Shown here one piece after another: positions 35,811-46,008 of a stretch of 64,000 nucleotides of DNA; positions within the stretch are counted from its first letter, which is position 1; the number at the start of each line of letters is the position of its first letter. The translations under genes and the position numbers were made by a program. The DNA is taken from the NCBI GenBank assembly GCA_042091495.1, contig JBELHJ010000002.1, forward strand, positions 4,945 to 68,944, written 5' to 3'. The notes under the pieces were generated by a model. That model made no database searches and was not told the DNA's origin. It saw only the letters and a list, made by a program, of their open reading frames with translations. The stretch comes from Bacteroidota bacterium. Lineage in GTDB: Bacteria; Bacteroidota; Bacteroidia; Flavobacteriales; Flavobacteriaceae.

Positions 35811-37619
35811 ATGATTATTTTTGAAAAAAAATTAAACCCTTTGAAATCAATACTTTCATTGTTATTTTCTTTGTTTTCATTATTTCTTGCAATCACCTCC
35901 TTTGCTCAAGAAGCAGAAAAACAAATTATCATTGAGTATTCTGGTTTTTTGTCTTCTAAAGAAAAAACTCATGATGGTGGTATTGTATTTTTAAGAGACA
36001 AAAAAAAACAAATCCACATTGTTCATGACGGAATTGATATGTATTGTGACAAAGCCATTTTGTACAAGGACCAAAACTTCATAGAAGCATTTAATAATGT
36101 TAAAATGAATCAGGGTGATAGTATTCATATGAATTCAAAATATATTGAATACAATGGAAAGACACAATTAGCTGTAGCAAAAGGCAAAGTGATTTTGAGA
36201 GAACCTCAATCAGTCTTAACTACAGATACTCTTTATTTTGATAAATTAAAACAACAAGCATTCTACAAATGTGGTGGAAAAGTCGAAAGAGATACTTCAG
36301 GAGTTATAACAAGTACCATTGGAAAATATTTAGTTGAGCAAAGCAAATACCAATTTATTAATAAAGTTAAGTTGGTAAACCCCAACTATATTCTAAAAAC
36401 GAAACAGTTAGACTTTTATTCTGAAAGTGGCCATGCCTATTTATACGGACCATCAACAATTGAAGGAGATAGTAATACTATTTATTGTGAACGCGGATTT
36501 TACGATACCAACAAAGATCTAGGTTATTTTGTGAAAAATTCAAAAATCAATTATGAAAACAGAGTTGTTGAAGGAGATAGTTTATTTTTTGACCGCCCTA
36601 GAAACTTTGCTTCAGCAACTAACAATATTAAAGTTACTGACACCATTAACAAAAGCATTATTAGAGGCCATTATGCAGAAGTATTTAAAGATAAAGATTC
36701 TGTTTTCATTACAAAAAGAGCCTTAGCAATAACTGTCCAAGAGAATGATTCTCTATACATTCATAGTGATACTTTAATGGTTACAGGTCCTGCTGATCAC
36801 AGAATTACTAGGGCCTTTTATAATGTTAAAATTTTTAAATCTGACCTAAGTGGAAAATCAGACTCTGTTCATGTTGACCAAAATTCTGGATTAACAAAAA
36901 TGATTAATTTGAAAAGGCTTCAATCTTCTGATGCATTCAAAAGAAAGAAAAAACCAATATTATGGAATCTAGGCAACCAAATGACTGGTGATACCATTCA
37001 TTTTATAAGTGAAAAAGAAACCAAGTTTCTTGACTCCTTAATAGTTTTTAATAATGCTTTTTTAATTAGTAAGGATACACTAGGAGATGGCTTTAATCAA
37101 ATAAAAGGTCAAAAATTAATTGGTTTACTTGAAGAAAACGAACTTAAGAATGTACATATCATCAAAAATGCTGAAGTGATTTATTATTTCAGAAACAGTA
37201 ATAATCTTTTGGAAGGTATTAACAAATCAAAATCTGGTAAAATTGAAATTGAAATACTAGACAATACAATTGAAGACATAAAATTGATTAATGATATTGA
37301 TGGCGTCATTTACCCTGAAAATGAGTTTCCAAAAAATGCTAAAAAATTTAAAGGATTTAGTTGGAGAGAAGATGAGCAACCTCAAAGTGTTTCTGATTTA
37401 TTTAAAGATGACCCGCCGTTAAATCTACCCAAAATAAAAGGTTTAGATAAACCAAATCCATTTGATATTATTGATTTCGAGGTTTTAGATCGAATTAATA
37501 AAAAAGTTAATTTAAGAACTGATACTAAAATTTCAAATCAACAACCTACAAACGGCAAAGTCAAACCACTCAAGAAAAGAAATATAAAGTCTAATGTACT
37601 AAAGGCAAAAAACCAATGA
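35811..37619 (+). CDS. OstA/LptD-N-terminal-like domain protein
   Basis: 602 aa with signal peptide. Repetitive beta-rich sequence with recurring D-x-L-x-(F/Y)D / A-x-G-x-V patterns, as in flavobacterial OstA-like proteins. Assigned by resemblance only. Confidence 0.5.
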   Translation: MIIFEKKLNPLKSILSLLFSLFSLFLAITSFAQEAEKQIIIEYSGFLSSKEKTHDGGIVFLRDKKKQIHIVHDGIDMYCDKAILYKDQNFIEAFNNVKMNQGDSIHMNSKYIEYNGKTQLAVAKGKVILREPQSVLTTDTLYFDKLKQQAFYKCGGKVERDTSGVITSTIGKYLVEQSKYQFINKVKLVNPNYILKTKQLDFYSESGHAYLYGPSTIEGDSNTIYCERGFYDTNKDLGYFVKNSKINYENRVVEGDSLFFDRPRNFASATNNIKVTDTINKSIIRGHYAEVFKDKDSVFITKRALAITVQENDSLYIHSDTLMVTGPADHRITRAFYNVKIFKSDLSGKSDSVHVDQNSGLTKMINLKRLQSSDAFKRKKKPILWNLGNQMTGDTIHFISEKETKFLDSLIVFNNAFLISKDTLGDGFNQIKGQKLIGLLEENELKNVHIIKNAEVIYYFRNSNNLLEGINKSKSGKIEIEILDNTIEDIKLINDIDGVIYPENEFPKNAKKFKGFSWREDEQPQSVSDLFKDDPPLNLPKIKGLDKPNPFDIIDFEVLDRINKKVNLRTDTKISNQQPTNGKVKPLKKRNIKSNVLKAKNQ

Positions 37620-38797
37620 TAGAAGACTTTCACAAATACCAAGCCCAAACTACACCCCACCCCCTTGGGATGGAAATTTCATATGCAAAGGGCAGTTATA
37701 TTTATGATACAGATAACAAACCATATCTAGATTTTGTTGCTGGCGTTTCGGCTTGTAGTTTAGGACATCAACACCCCGCTGTAGTTTCTGCAATTAAGAA
37801 ACAACTAGATCGTTACTTACATGTTATGGTTTATGGGGAGTACGCCCAATCACCTTCTGTTAAGTTATGTAAATTATTGTCTGAAAATTTACCACCATCA
37901 CTAGATACTACCTATTTAACAAACTCAGGAACTGAAGCAATAGATGGGGCTATTAAACTTGCAAGAAGAGCAACTGGAAAGACTCAAATTATAGCTGCAA
38001 ATTATGCGTATCATGGAAACACCATAGGTGCTTTAAGTATCATGGGGTATGATGAAAGAAAAAAACCATTTGAACCTTTAATGCCGGACGTTGATTTTAT
38101 TGAGTTTAATAATTTAAGTGATATTGACAAAATAACTCATCAAACAGCCGCAGTTGTTTTAGAAACCATTCAAGGTGGCGCCGGTTTTATTGAACCAAAA
38201 AATGAATTCTTAAAAAAAATTAGTGAGAGATGTAAACAAACACAAACATTACTAATTCTTGATGAAATTCAACCGGGTTTTGGAAGGACTGGTAAATTAT
38301 TTGGTTTCGAACATTATAATTGTGTTCCAGATATTTTAGTTACTGGAAAAGGACTGGGAGGTGGAATGCCAATTGGTGCTTTTACCGCCTCAAACAAATT
38401 AATGGCTACATTAAAAGATAATCCTAAGCTTGGTCACATAACAACTTTTGGTGGCCACCCTGTAATTGCTGCATCTGCCTTAGCCACTCTTAAAGAAATA
38501 ACATCGTCTAATCTAATCGATAAAGCTCTTGAGAAAGAACAACTAATTCGTAACCATTTAATTCACCCTCTAATCAAAGAAATTCGTGGACTTGGACTAA
38601 TGCTTGCATTAATAACACCATCTTCTGAAATTACTAATGAAATAATTTTTAAATGTAAATCACGTGGATTAATTTTATTTTGGTTACTTTACGAGCCTAA
38701 AGCGGTAAGAATTACCCCACCACTAACTATTTCCAACCAAGAAATTATTAAAGGCTGTTCCATTATAATGGAAGTCTTAAATGAAATCGACTTGTAA
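37616..38797 (+). CDS. class-III PLP-dependent aminotransferase (acetylornithine/aspartate aminotransferase family)
   Basis: LDFVAGVSACSLGHQHP, LILDEIQPGFGRTGKLF, TGKGLGGGMPIGAF (PLP lysine). ATGA overlap with the upstream gene. Confidence 0.85.
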   Translation: MIEDFHKYQAQTTPHPLGMEISYAKGSYIYDTDNKPYLDFVAGVSACSLGHQHPAVVSAIKKQLDRYLHVMVYGEYAQSPSVKLCKLLSENLPPSLDTTYLTNSGTEAIDGAIKLARRATGKTQIIAANYAYHGNTIGALSIMGYDERKKPFEPLMPDVDFIEFNNLSDIDKITHQTAAVVLETIQGGAGFIEPKNEFLKKISERCKQTQTLLILDEIQPGFGRTGKLFGFEHYNCVPDILVTGKGLGGGMPIGAFTASNKLMATLKDNPKLGHITTFGGHPVIAASALATLKEITSSNLIDKALEKEQLIRNHLIHPLIKEIRGLGLMLALITPSSEITNEIIFKCKSRGLILFWLLYEPKAVRITPPLTISNQEIIKGCSIIMEVLNEIDL

Positions 38798-38919
38798 CTA
38801 TTGAAATTTGTTAAAGTCGATATAAGTGTTAATTACTTTGTTAAAAACATTAATAAGTCTTAATGCAATTTATTTGTATTAGACCTTAACTTTAATAATG
38901 ATATTAAACATTCTGAATT

Positions 38920-40311
38920 ATGGAGTTTAGTCAAAGAGAAGAAAATAACAACTTTTCCGTTTCGAAATTTGAGTCCATGTTAAAAACTAACAGTGTTCAT
39001 TTTTTTGATTCTAATGAGTTTGAACATATTATTAATCATTATTTAGAAATAGGTAAAATTAATTTAGCTAAAAAGGCTGTTAAGATCGGACTAAACCAAC
39101 ATCCTACTTCTACTAATCTTAAACTCTATAAAGTTGAAATACTCATTTTTGAAAATAAACTTTCCAAAGCCGATACAATTCTTACTGAACTTTATGCATT
39201 AGAGCCTAAAAATGAAGAAATATACATTCAAAAAGCTAATATTTTTTCAAAATCTGATGAACATTATAAGGCCATTGACACTCTAAAGCTTGCTATAGAT
39301 TTAAGTGGTAATAATGAAGTTTCTGATTTGTATGCCTTAATTGGTATGGAGTATTTATTTCTTGATCAATTTGATAATGCTCGTATATACTTTTCTAAAT
39401 GTTTAGAACTTGATCCTACAGATTATACCTCTTTATATAATATAATTTACTGTTACGATTTTATTGATGATAACATTGGCGCCATAAATTTTTTGAATAA
39501 ATATTTAGATGCTAATCCCTACTGTGAAGTTGCATGGCACCAACTTGGTAAACAATATTTTTCTATTAAAGCCTACAAGAAGTCATTGGCATCGTTTGAT
39601 TTTGCTATTATTTCTGATGACACCTTTATTGGAGCTTATATTGAAAAAGGCAAAGTCCTTGAGAAATTAGGGAGATACAACGAAGCCATTGAAAATTATA
39701 ACATCACTTTATCATTAGACGATCCTACATCGTTTGCATTATTAAGAATAGGAGTTTGTTATGAAAAGATGGAAGAAAAAGAGCTAGCCTTAAAATTTTA
39801 TTACCAAACTGTTCATGAAGACCCTTTATTAGACAAAGGCTGGATTGCTATAACAAAATTCTATAACAAGAACAGAAACTACAGAAAAGCACTCTACTAT
39901 ATAAAAAAGGCAATTGGAATAGATAAAGACAATGTCGTTTACTGGAAATTATATGCTCAAATTAATAAACGTCTCAATTTTCTTGAAGAAGCAGAAAGAG
40001 GCTACAAAAGAACCCTAGAGCTTGGTAATTATGAATTAGATACTTGGATTTCTAGAGCCGATATTTTAATTGAATTAGGCGAATACGAAGCAGCTATTAT
40101 TAATTTAGATCAAGCCTCTGAGTTTTATCCTGAAAATGAAGAAATTGAATACCGATTATCAGGATGTTATTTTTCCATATCGCAATCAGATAAAGCTATT
40201 TACCATCTTAAAAACGCAAAAAAACTGAATAAAGATTATCATTTCATTCTTAATGAATTATTTCCAAAGATTGCCAATAGGAAATTGATTCAAAATATAT
40301 TAGCTTTTTAG
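38920..40311 (+). CDS. tetratricopeptide-repeat protein
   Basis: 463 aa with many 34-aa TPR-like units (e.g. AWHQLGKQYFSIKAYKKSLASFDFAI, YIEKGKVLEKLGRYNEAIENYNITL). Confidence 0.8.
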   Translation: MEFSQREENNNFSVSKFESMLKTNSVHFFDSNEFEHIINHYLEIGKINLAKKAVKIGLNQHPTSTNLKLYKVEILIFENKLSKADTILTELYALEPKNEEIYIQKANIFSKSDEHYKAIDTLKLAIDLSGNNEVSDLYALIGMEYLFLDQFDNARIYFSKCLELDPTDYTSLYNIIYCYDFIDDNIGAINFLNKYLDANPYCEVAWHQLGKQYFSIKAYKKSLASFDFAIISDDTFIGAYIEKGKVLEKLGRYNEAIENYNITLSLDDPTSFALLRIGVCYEKMEEKELALKFYYQTVHEDPLLDKGWIAITKFYNKNRNYRKALYYIKKAIGIDKDNVVYWKLYAQINKRLNFLEEAERGYKRTLELGNYELDTWISRADILIELGEYEAAIINLDQASEFYPENEEIEYRLSGCYFSISQSDKAIYHLKNAKKLNKDYHFILNELFPKIANRKLIQNILAF

Positions 40312-40330
40312 TTTCTTTCTGCTATAATTA

Positions 40331-40338
40331 TATATTTG
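40331..40338 (+). promoter_or_regulatory. -7 promoter box TATATTTG upstream of the DUF368 pair
   Basis: Exact TAnnTTTG match ending 20 nt before ATG 40358. Confidence 0.35.
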
Positions 40339-40357
40339 CTGAAGAATATATATACCC

Positions 40358-41323
40358 ATGAAAAGAAACATTAAAGATTATTTCCTTATAACATTAAAAG
40401 GTATTGCTATGGGAGCAGCAGATGTTGTTCCTGGAGTTTCTGGAGGAACCATAGCTTTTATTACTGGTATTTACGAAGAACTTATTGATACAATCAATAA
40501 AATTGATTTTAACGCTTTTAAAACAGTAAGACAAAAAGGGATTAAGCATGCATGGCATAGTATTAATGGAAACTTTTTAACAGCGCTTTTTATAGGGATA
40601 GCAATAAGCATTCTGTCACTTGCTAAAGGGATAAAATGGATGCTTCACAATGAACCAATTTTGTTGTGGTCTTTTTTCTTTGGACTTGTTTTGGCAAGTA
40701 TTTTTTATGTTGGAAAACAAATAAAAACATTCAATTTCAACATTATAATAGCCATAATACTAAGCAGCATTGCTTCCTATTTTTTAACACTTGCTGAACC
40801 TTTTACATCACCTGAGAGCCCATTATATCTTTTGTTTTGTGGTTTTATAGCTATAATAGCTATGATCTTACCTGGTGTTTCAGGTGCTTTCATATTATTA
40901 ATTTTAGGAGCGTATCAAACAACTATTGATACTATAAATGATCTAGCTCAAGGTCTTCTTACTAAAGATTTTAATCTTTTTAAAGAAGCCTTCATCAATT
41001 TTTTGATGTTGGCAGTTGGTGCCATTTTAGGATTAAAAATATTCTCAAAAATACTTAATTGGCTATTTAAAAATTATAAAGATCTCACATTAGCTATGTT
41101 AACAGGGTTCATGATTGGGTCACTTAATAAAATATGGCCATGGAAAAAAATATTAACTTGGAGGGTAAACTCTAAAGGACTCTCAGTGCCATTAACAGAA
41201 CAAAGTATTTTACCTACTAATATCGAAGGTGACAATCAATTGGCATTAGCTTTAGTTCTAATCACTATTGGCTTTGTAGTTATTTTATTACTTGAAAAAT
41301 TTGGTCCTGAAAATAAAAAATAA
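40358..41323 (+). CDS. DUF368-family membrane protein (PopT-like putative undecaprenyl-phosphate translocase), copy 1
   Basis: GIAMGAADVVPGVSGGTIAFITGIYEELI and the second half-repeat LPGVSGAFILLILGAY. Polytopic. Confidence 0.8.
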   Translation: MKRNIKDYFLITLKGIAMGAADVVPGVSGGTIAFITGIYEELIDTINKIDFNAFKTVRQKGIKHAWHSINGNFLTALFIGIAISILSLAKGIKWMLHNEPILLWSFFFGLVLASIFYVGKQIKTFNFNIIIAIILSSIASYFLTLAEPFTSPESPLYLLFCGFIAIIAMILPGVSGAFILLILGAYQTTIDTINDLAQGLLTKDFNLFKEAFINFLMLAVGAILGLKIFSKILNWLFKNYKDLTLAMLTGFMIGSLNKIWPWKKILTWRVNSKGLSVPLTEQSILPTNIEGDNQLALALVLITIGFVVILLLEKFGPENKK

Positions 41324-42348
41324 TGCAAAGTAAACGCCATAGGAAAGATTATTTATTCTTAGTTCTCAAAGGTTTAGCTATGGGTGCTGCAAATAAAGTA
41401 CCTGGAGTTTCAGGTGGACTTGTAGCTTTCGTTGCAGGGTTTTATCATGAATTTATCTACTCTCTCCAACGCTTTAATAAAACTGCTCTTAGACTTGTTT
41501 TAGGCGGACGGTTTAAAAGTTGTTTTGACTATGTTAACGGAAGGTTTCTATGTTACCTAGTCTCTGGAATGATAATTAGTTATTTCAGTATATCTAAATT
41601 TTTGGATTTTTTACTTATATATTACGAAATTCAAGTTTGGAGTCTGTTTTTTGGAATGGTAATTGGATCCATTTGGTACATATACAATGATTTAGAAGAA
41701 CACTCTAAATTTTCGCTTTTATTAACAATTATTGGTGCTGGAGTTGGTTTATGGATTAGTTTTTTAGATCCAGCTACTCAAAATGACAATCTGTGGTTTG
41801 TGTTTTTTTGTGGGGTAATTAGTGTTTCTGGAATGACTTTACCAGGATTTTCTGGAAGTTTCATCTTAATTTTACTTGGCAACTATGTTTTATTACTTGT
41901 AGATGCAGTCAACGCTCTCTACGACACCATTTATGAAGTGTTTTCTGGAAATTTTTCTTTCTATTACAACGGAAATAGAATTCATATGCTAAAAATATTA
42001 GCGGTTTTTACATTTGGCTCGATTACTGGATTAGTGACTTTCTCTCATCTGTTAAATTACATTTTAACTCGATTTAAACAACTAACAATCGCATCAATTT
42101 TTGGATTTATAATTGGATCTCTCGGGGTCATTTGGCCTTGGAAATCTAAAGTATTTAAAGTAGATATTGATGGCTCATTATTTTTAGACTCTACAGGAAA
42201 CCCAATTATAGTTATGTACAAAAGATATATTCCTGAAATAGATTTTAATTTTTGCATATCTATATGCTCTATACTATTAGGAATTTTAATAGTTTTAGGC
42301 TTAGACTGGTATGGAAAAAAATTAAACTATTTAAATGCAACGAAATAA
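41323..42348 (+). CDS. DUF368-family membrane protein, copy 2 (tandem paralogue)
   Basis: GLAMGAANKVPGVSGGLVAFVAGFYHEFI and LPGFSGSFILILLGNY. Its ATG shares one nt with the TAA of copy 1 (TAATG). Confidence 0.8.
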   Translation: MQSKRHRKDYLFLVLKGLAMGAANKVPGVSGGLVAFVAGFYHEFIYSLQRFNKTALRLVLGGRFKSCFDYVNGRFLCYLVSGMIISYFSISKFLDFLLIYYEIQVWSLFFGMVIGSIWYIYNDLEEHSKFSLLLTIIGAGVGLWISFLDPATQNDNLWFVFFCGVISVSGMTLPGFSGSFILILLGNYVLLLVDAVNALYDTIYEVFSGNFSFYYNGNRIHMLKILAVFTFGSITGLVTFSHLLNYILTRFKQLTIASIFGFIIGSLGVIWPWKSKVFKVDIDGSLFLDSTGNPIIVMYKRYIPEIDFNFCISICSILLGILIVLGLDWYGKKLNYLNATK

Positions 42349-43078
42349 ACTAGGCCTTTTAGGTAAAAATATTGACTACTCATTTTCCAGATCTTATTTT
42401 TCTGAAAAATTCAAAAGAGAAAATCTCGATTTTAGTTATACAAACTTTGATATAGATTCATTAGAAAAATTACAGTCAATAGTTTCTAATAAAAGTTTAA
42501 TTGGATTTAATGTGACCATTCCTTATAAAGAGGAGATTATTCATCATCTGGATTCAATCAATGATGAGGCCAAAACAATTGGAGCCGTAAATACCGTTGT
42601 AATTAATTCCTCAGGGAAACTTATTGGATTCAATACAGATTGTTGGGGTTTCGCAGAATCTTTACGCCCACATCTAAAGACAAACCATAAAAAAGCTTTG
42701 ATTCTTGGAACTGGTGGGGCTGCTAAAGCAATTGCTTATGTTTTAAAACAGTTTGGAATCAGCTTTAAATATGTAAGCAGAAAAGAAAGTGATAACATGT
42801 CAATTAATTATAATGAGTTACAAAGCTCAATTATAGAAAGTCATAAGCTAATTATAAACTGTACCCCACTTGGGACTTATCCAAACATTGAAAATGCTCC
42901 AGAAATACCATATGAATTTATAACTAATCAGCACATTTTATTTGACTTGATATATAATCCTAAAAAAACTTTGTTTTTGAAAAAGGGAGAAGCAAGAGGA
43001 GCTACAATAATTAACGGTTATAAAATGTTAGTCCTCCAAGCTGAAAGAGCATTTCAAATTTGGCAGAATTACATATAA
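42335..43078 (+). CDS. aroE: shikimate dehydrogenase
   Basis: 247 aa. LLGKNIDYSFSRSYF, NVTIPYKEEI, GAVNTVV, ILGTGGAAKA. Overlaps the DUF368 copy 2 stop by 14 nt. Confidence 0.9.
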   Translation: MQRNKLGLLGKNIDYSFSRSYFSEKFKRENLDFSYTNFDIDSLEKLQSIVSNKSLIGFNVTIPYKEEIIHHLDSINDEAKTIGAVNTVVINSSGKLIGFNTDCWGFAESLRPHLKTNHKKALILGTGGAAKAIAYVLKQFGISFKYVSRKESDNMSINYNELQSSIIESHKLIINCTPLGTYPNIENAPEIPYEFITNQHILFDLIYNPKKTLFLKKGEARGATIINGYKMLVLQAERAFQIWQNYI

Positions 43079-43155
43079 ATACTTTTTGGTGTTCCTTTTT
43101 GTTATTCACAAGCCTCTTAGCTATATTTAAGGCTTAATATTAAATACATTGTAAA

Positions 43156-45132
43156 ATGTCTAAGAAAGATAACCTGCAAGAAGCAGATGGAATAAACAAA
43201 ATTACACCTGATACTTCAGAGGAAAGCGCAGTTTCAGAAAAAACTAATGAAATACAAACAGATATTACTGAATCTGAAGCTATTAATCAGGCAGATGAAA
43301 CTGATGAGACAGCAAATGATATAGTTAATGATTCTGAAGACCATGTTGAAGCTGTCGAAAAGGAAAATGCAGAAGATGCAGAAGATGCTTCAAATGAAGT
43401 AAGACATAAGATCAAGGCAAAAGATTACCATAGTATGAATATGGATCTTTTGGTTTTAGAATTTGAAAAGCTTTTAAAATCCGATAAAGTCCAAACCATA
43501 AAAGCTGTTGTTGATGAGATTAAAAATGAATTCAATTCTAAATTCAATGAGCTTTTAGAGGAAAAAAAGGAAGAGTTCTTAGCTGATGGTGGAAGTGAAA
43601 TAGATTTTTACTTTACAACACCATTAAAAAAACAATTCAATTCACTTTTCAAAGATTACAAAAATAACCTGAATGCCTATTATAAAGATCTTGAAAGTAG
43701 TCTCAAAAAAAATCTTGAAAAACGACTAAACATTATTGAAGAAATAAAGGGTTTGTTGAATGTTGAAGAAAATATCAGTTCAACATATAAGCATTTCAAA
43801 GAGCTTCAAGATGAATGGCGAAATGCTGGACCAATTCCAAGAGATAAGTATAATAATGCATGGAATACATACCATCATCATGTAGAACGCTTTTACGATT
43901 TCCTTCATCTAAATAGAGATTTAAGAGATCTTGATTTTAAACATAATCTAGATCAAAAGTTAAAAATCATAGAACAAGCTGAAGCTCTTGCAGAAGATAC
44001 TAATGTTAATAGGTCATTTAGAGAACTTCAAGCACTTCACAAGTTATGGAAAGAAGACCTTGGACCAGTAGCAAAGGAAAAAAGAGAAGAAATTTGGCAA
44101 CGTTTTAGTAAAGCTACTAAAGTCATTCACGAAAAAAGACAAGAGTATTATGAGGATTTGGACAAAGCTTATGAAAAGAATTTAATTGTCAAAGAAGAAA
44201 TTATTTCTAAAATAACTGAAATTGCTTCTCAAAACTCAGAATCTCATAAGTTCTGGCAACAAAAGATTCGTGAAATTGAAGCATTGAGAACTGAATTTTT
44301 CAACGCCGGTAAAGTTCCACTAAAAGTAAATGAAACAACTTGGGCTAAATTTAAAGAAGCGGTAAGGCAGTTTAACAGGAATAAAAATTCTTATTATAAA
44401 AATCTGAAGAAGAATCAGACAGAAAATCTTAGAAAAAAAATAGAACTCATTAAAATTGCTGAGGATAATAAAGACAGTGATGACTTCGGATCCGTTACCC
44501 CTTTGATGAAAAAAATCCAAAGTGATTGGAAAAAAATTGGTCACGTACCAAGAAAAGACAGTGATAAAATTTGGAAACAATTTAAGGCTGCATGTAACGC
44601 TTATTTTGATAGAATGAATACTGTTAGAGAGCAAGGGTCACCAGAACAAGTAGAGGCATTTAACAAAAAATCAGCTTATTTAAAAACTTTAAAATCATTC
44701 AAACCAGAGGGCAATAATGAGGAAGTAATTAATGTAATTACTGATAAGATAAACGAATGGAAATCCTTAGGAAATGTAGCAAGAAACAAGCAACAAATAG
44801 AACACGATTTTAAGACTATTATCAATGGTTTTTTTGATAATCTAGGTATAGAAAAAGAACAATTGGAAATGATTAAATTTCAAAATAAAATTAATGCATT
44901 TTCAAATCAAGCCGATACAAAAGACCTTGACAATGAACTAAACTACATTAGAAAGAAAATAGATGAAATTAAATCTGAAATTAATCAACTTGAAAATAAT
45001 TTACAGTTTTTCAGTAATGCTTCAGAAGATAATCCGCTTGTAAAAGAAGTTAATAATAAAATCGAAAAATCTAAGAAAACACTAGAAACTTGGAAAAAAA
45101 AGTATCAAAAAATTAAAAAAATGTATTCCTAA
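43156..45132 (+). CDS. DUF349 repeat protein with acidic N-terminal tail
   Basis: Five units of the type (W/F)xxxGxVP(R/L)xxxxxxWxxFxxAxxxF (e.g. DEWRNAGPIPRDKYNNAWNTYHHHVERFY, SDWKKIGHVPRKDSDKIWKQFKAACNAYF). Confidence 0.75.
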   Translation: MSKKDNLQEADGINKITPDTSEESAVSEKTNEIQTDITESEAINQADETDETANDIVNDSEDHVEAVEKENAEDAEDASNEVRHKIKAKDYHSMNMDLLVLEFEKLLKSDKVQTIKAVVDEIKNEFNSKFNELLEEKKEEFLADGGSEIDFYFTTPLKKQFNSLFKDYKNNLNAYYKDLESSLKKNLEKRLNIIEEIKGLLNVEENISSTYKHFKELQDEWRNAGPIPRDKYNNAWNTYHHHVERFYDFLHLNRDLRDLDFKHNLDQKLKIIEQAEALAEDTNVNRSFRELQALHKLWKEDLGPVAKEKREEIWQRFSKATKVIHEKRQEYYEDLDKAYEKNLIVKEEIISKITEIASQNSESHKFWQQKIREIEALRTEFFNAGKVPLKVNETTWAKFKEAVRQFNRNKNSYYKNLKKNQTENLRKKIELIKIAEDNKDSDDFGSVTPLMKKIQSDWKKIGHVPRKDSDKIWKQFKAACNAYFDRMNTVREQGSPEQVEAFNKKSAYLKTLKSFKPEGNNEEVINVITDKINEWKSLGNVARNKQQIEHDFKTIINGFFDNLGIEKEQLEMIKFQNKINAFSNQADTKDLDNELNYIRKKIDEIKSEINQLENNLQFFSNASEDNPLVKEVNNKIEKSKKTLETWKKKYQKIKKMYS

Positions 45133-45161
45133 AAAAAGCCTGATTTATTCAGGCTTTTTTT
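45131..45161. terminator. bidirectional rho-independent terminator between convergent DUF349 and mazG genes
   Basis: AAAAAAAGCCTGA-TTTAT-TCAGGCTTTTTTT. Overlaps both stop codons. Confidence 0.75.
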
Positions 45162-45930
45162 ATAGTTTCTTTGCTTCTTCCCAATATACATCCATTTCTT
45201 TAAGAGTCATATCATGAAGAGATTTATTCATTAACCTTGCTTTATCTTCAAGATATTTGAAACGCTTAATGAATTTTTTATTCGTGCGCTCTAAAGCGTT
45301 TTCAGGATTTACTTTTAAAAATCTTGCGTAATTTATTAATGAGAAGAAAACATCTCCTAACTCATTTTCAATGTTATCTTTATTACCCTGATTGATCTCG
45401 AGTTCTAGTTCTGCTAATTCTTCTTTTAACTTATCAAAAACTTGATGAGATGCTTCCCAATCAAAACCAACACCTGATACTTTATCTTGAATCCTATTGG
45501 CCTTAACCATTGCTGGTAAACTTTGAGGCACTCCCTCTAAAACACTTTTCTTGCCTTCTTTTAATTTAAGTTGTTCCCAGTTGCGTTTTACATCTTCTTC
45601 ATTAGATACTTCAACATCACCGTATATGTGAGGATGACGATCTATAAGTTTATCAGAAATACTATCACAAACATCGGCAATATCAAAGCTATTGGTTTCA
45701 CTACCAATTTTAGCGTAAAAAACAATATGTAATAAAACATCACCAAGCTCTTTTTTAACCTCTTCAAGATCATTATCAAGTATAGCGTCACCTAACTCAT
45801 AAACTTCTTCAATAGTTAAATGCCTTAAAGATTCCATGGTTTGTTTTTTATCCCAAGGACACTTTAATCTTAGGTCGTCCATTATATGTAACAACCTATT
45901 AAATGCTTTTAACTCTTTTGACTTTTGCAT
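45160..45930 (-). CDS. mazG: nucleoside triphosphate pyrophosphohydrolase MazG
   Basis: 256 aa. CPWDKKQTMESLRHLTIEEVYELGDAI and a second EELAELELE...ELGDVFFSLINYARF half-domain. Confidence 0.9.
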   Translation of the reverse strand: MQKSKELKAFNRLLHIMDDLRLKCPWDKKQTMESLRHLTIEEVYELGDAILDNDLEEVKKELGDVLLHIVFYAKIGSETNSFDIADVCDSISDKLIDRHPHIYGDVEVSNEEDVKRNWEQLKLKEGKKSVLEGVPQSLPAMVKANRIQDKVSGVGFDWEASHQVFDKLKEELAELELEINQGNKDNIENELGDVFFSLINYARFLKVNPENALERTNKKFIKRFKYLEDKARLMNKSLHDMTLKEMDVYWEEAKKL

Positions 45931-45954
45931 CTTTAATTATTTTAATTTTCAATA

Positions 45955-45986
45955 TAAAAAAAGATCACCTTAAAAAGTGATCTTTT
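45955..45986 (-). terminator. rho-independent terminator after the ruvX-def-hypothetical operon
   Basis: The minus strand reads AAAGATCAC-TTTTTAAG-GTGATCTTT followed by a T-run. Confidence 0.6.
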
Positions 45987-46008
45987 AGTATATTATGTAT
46001 TAAACAAA

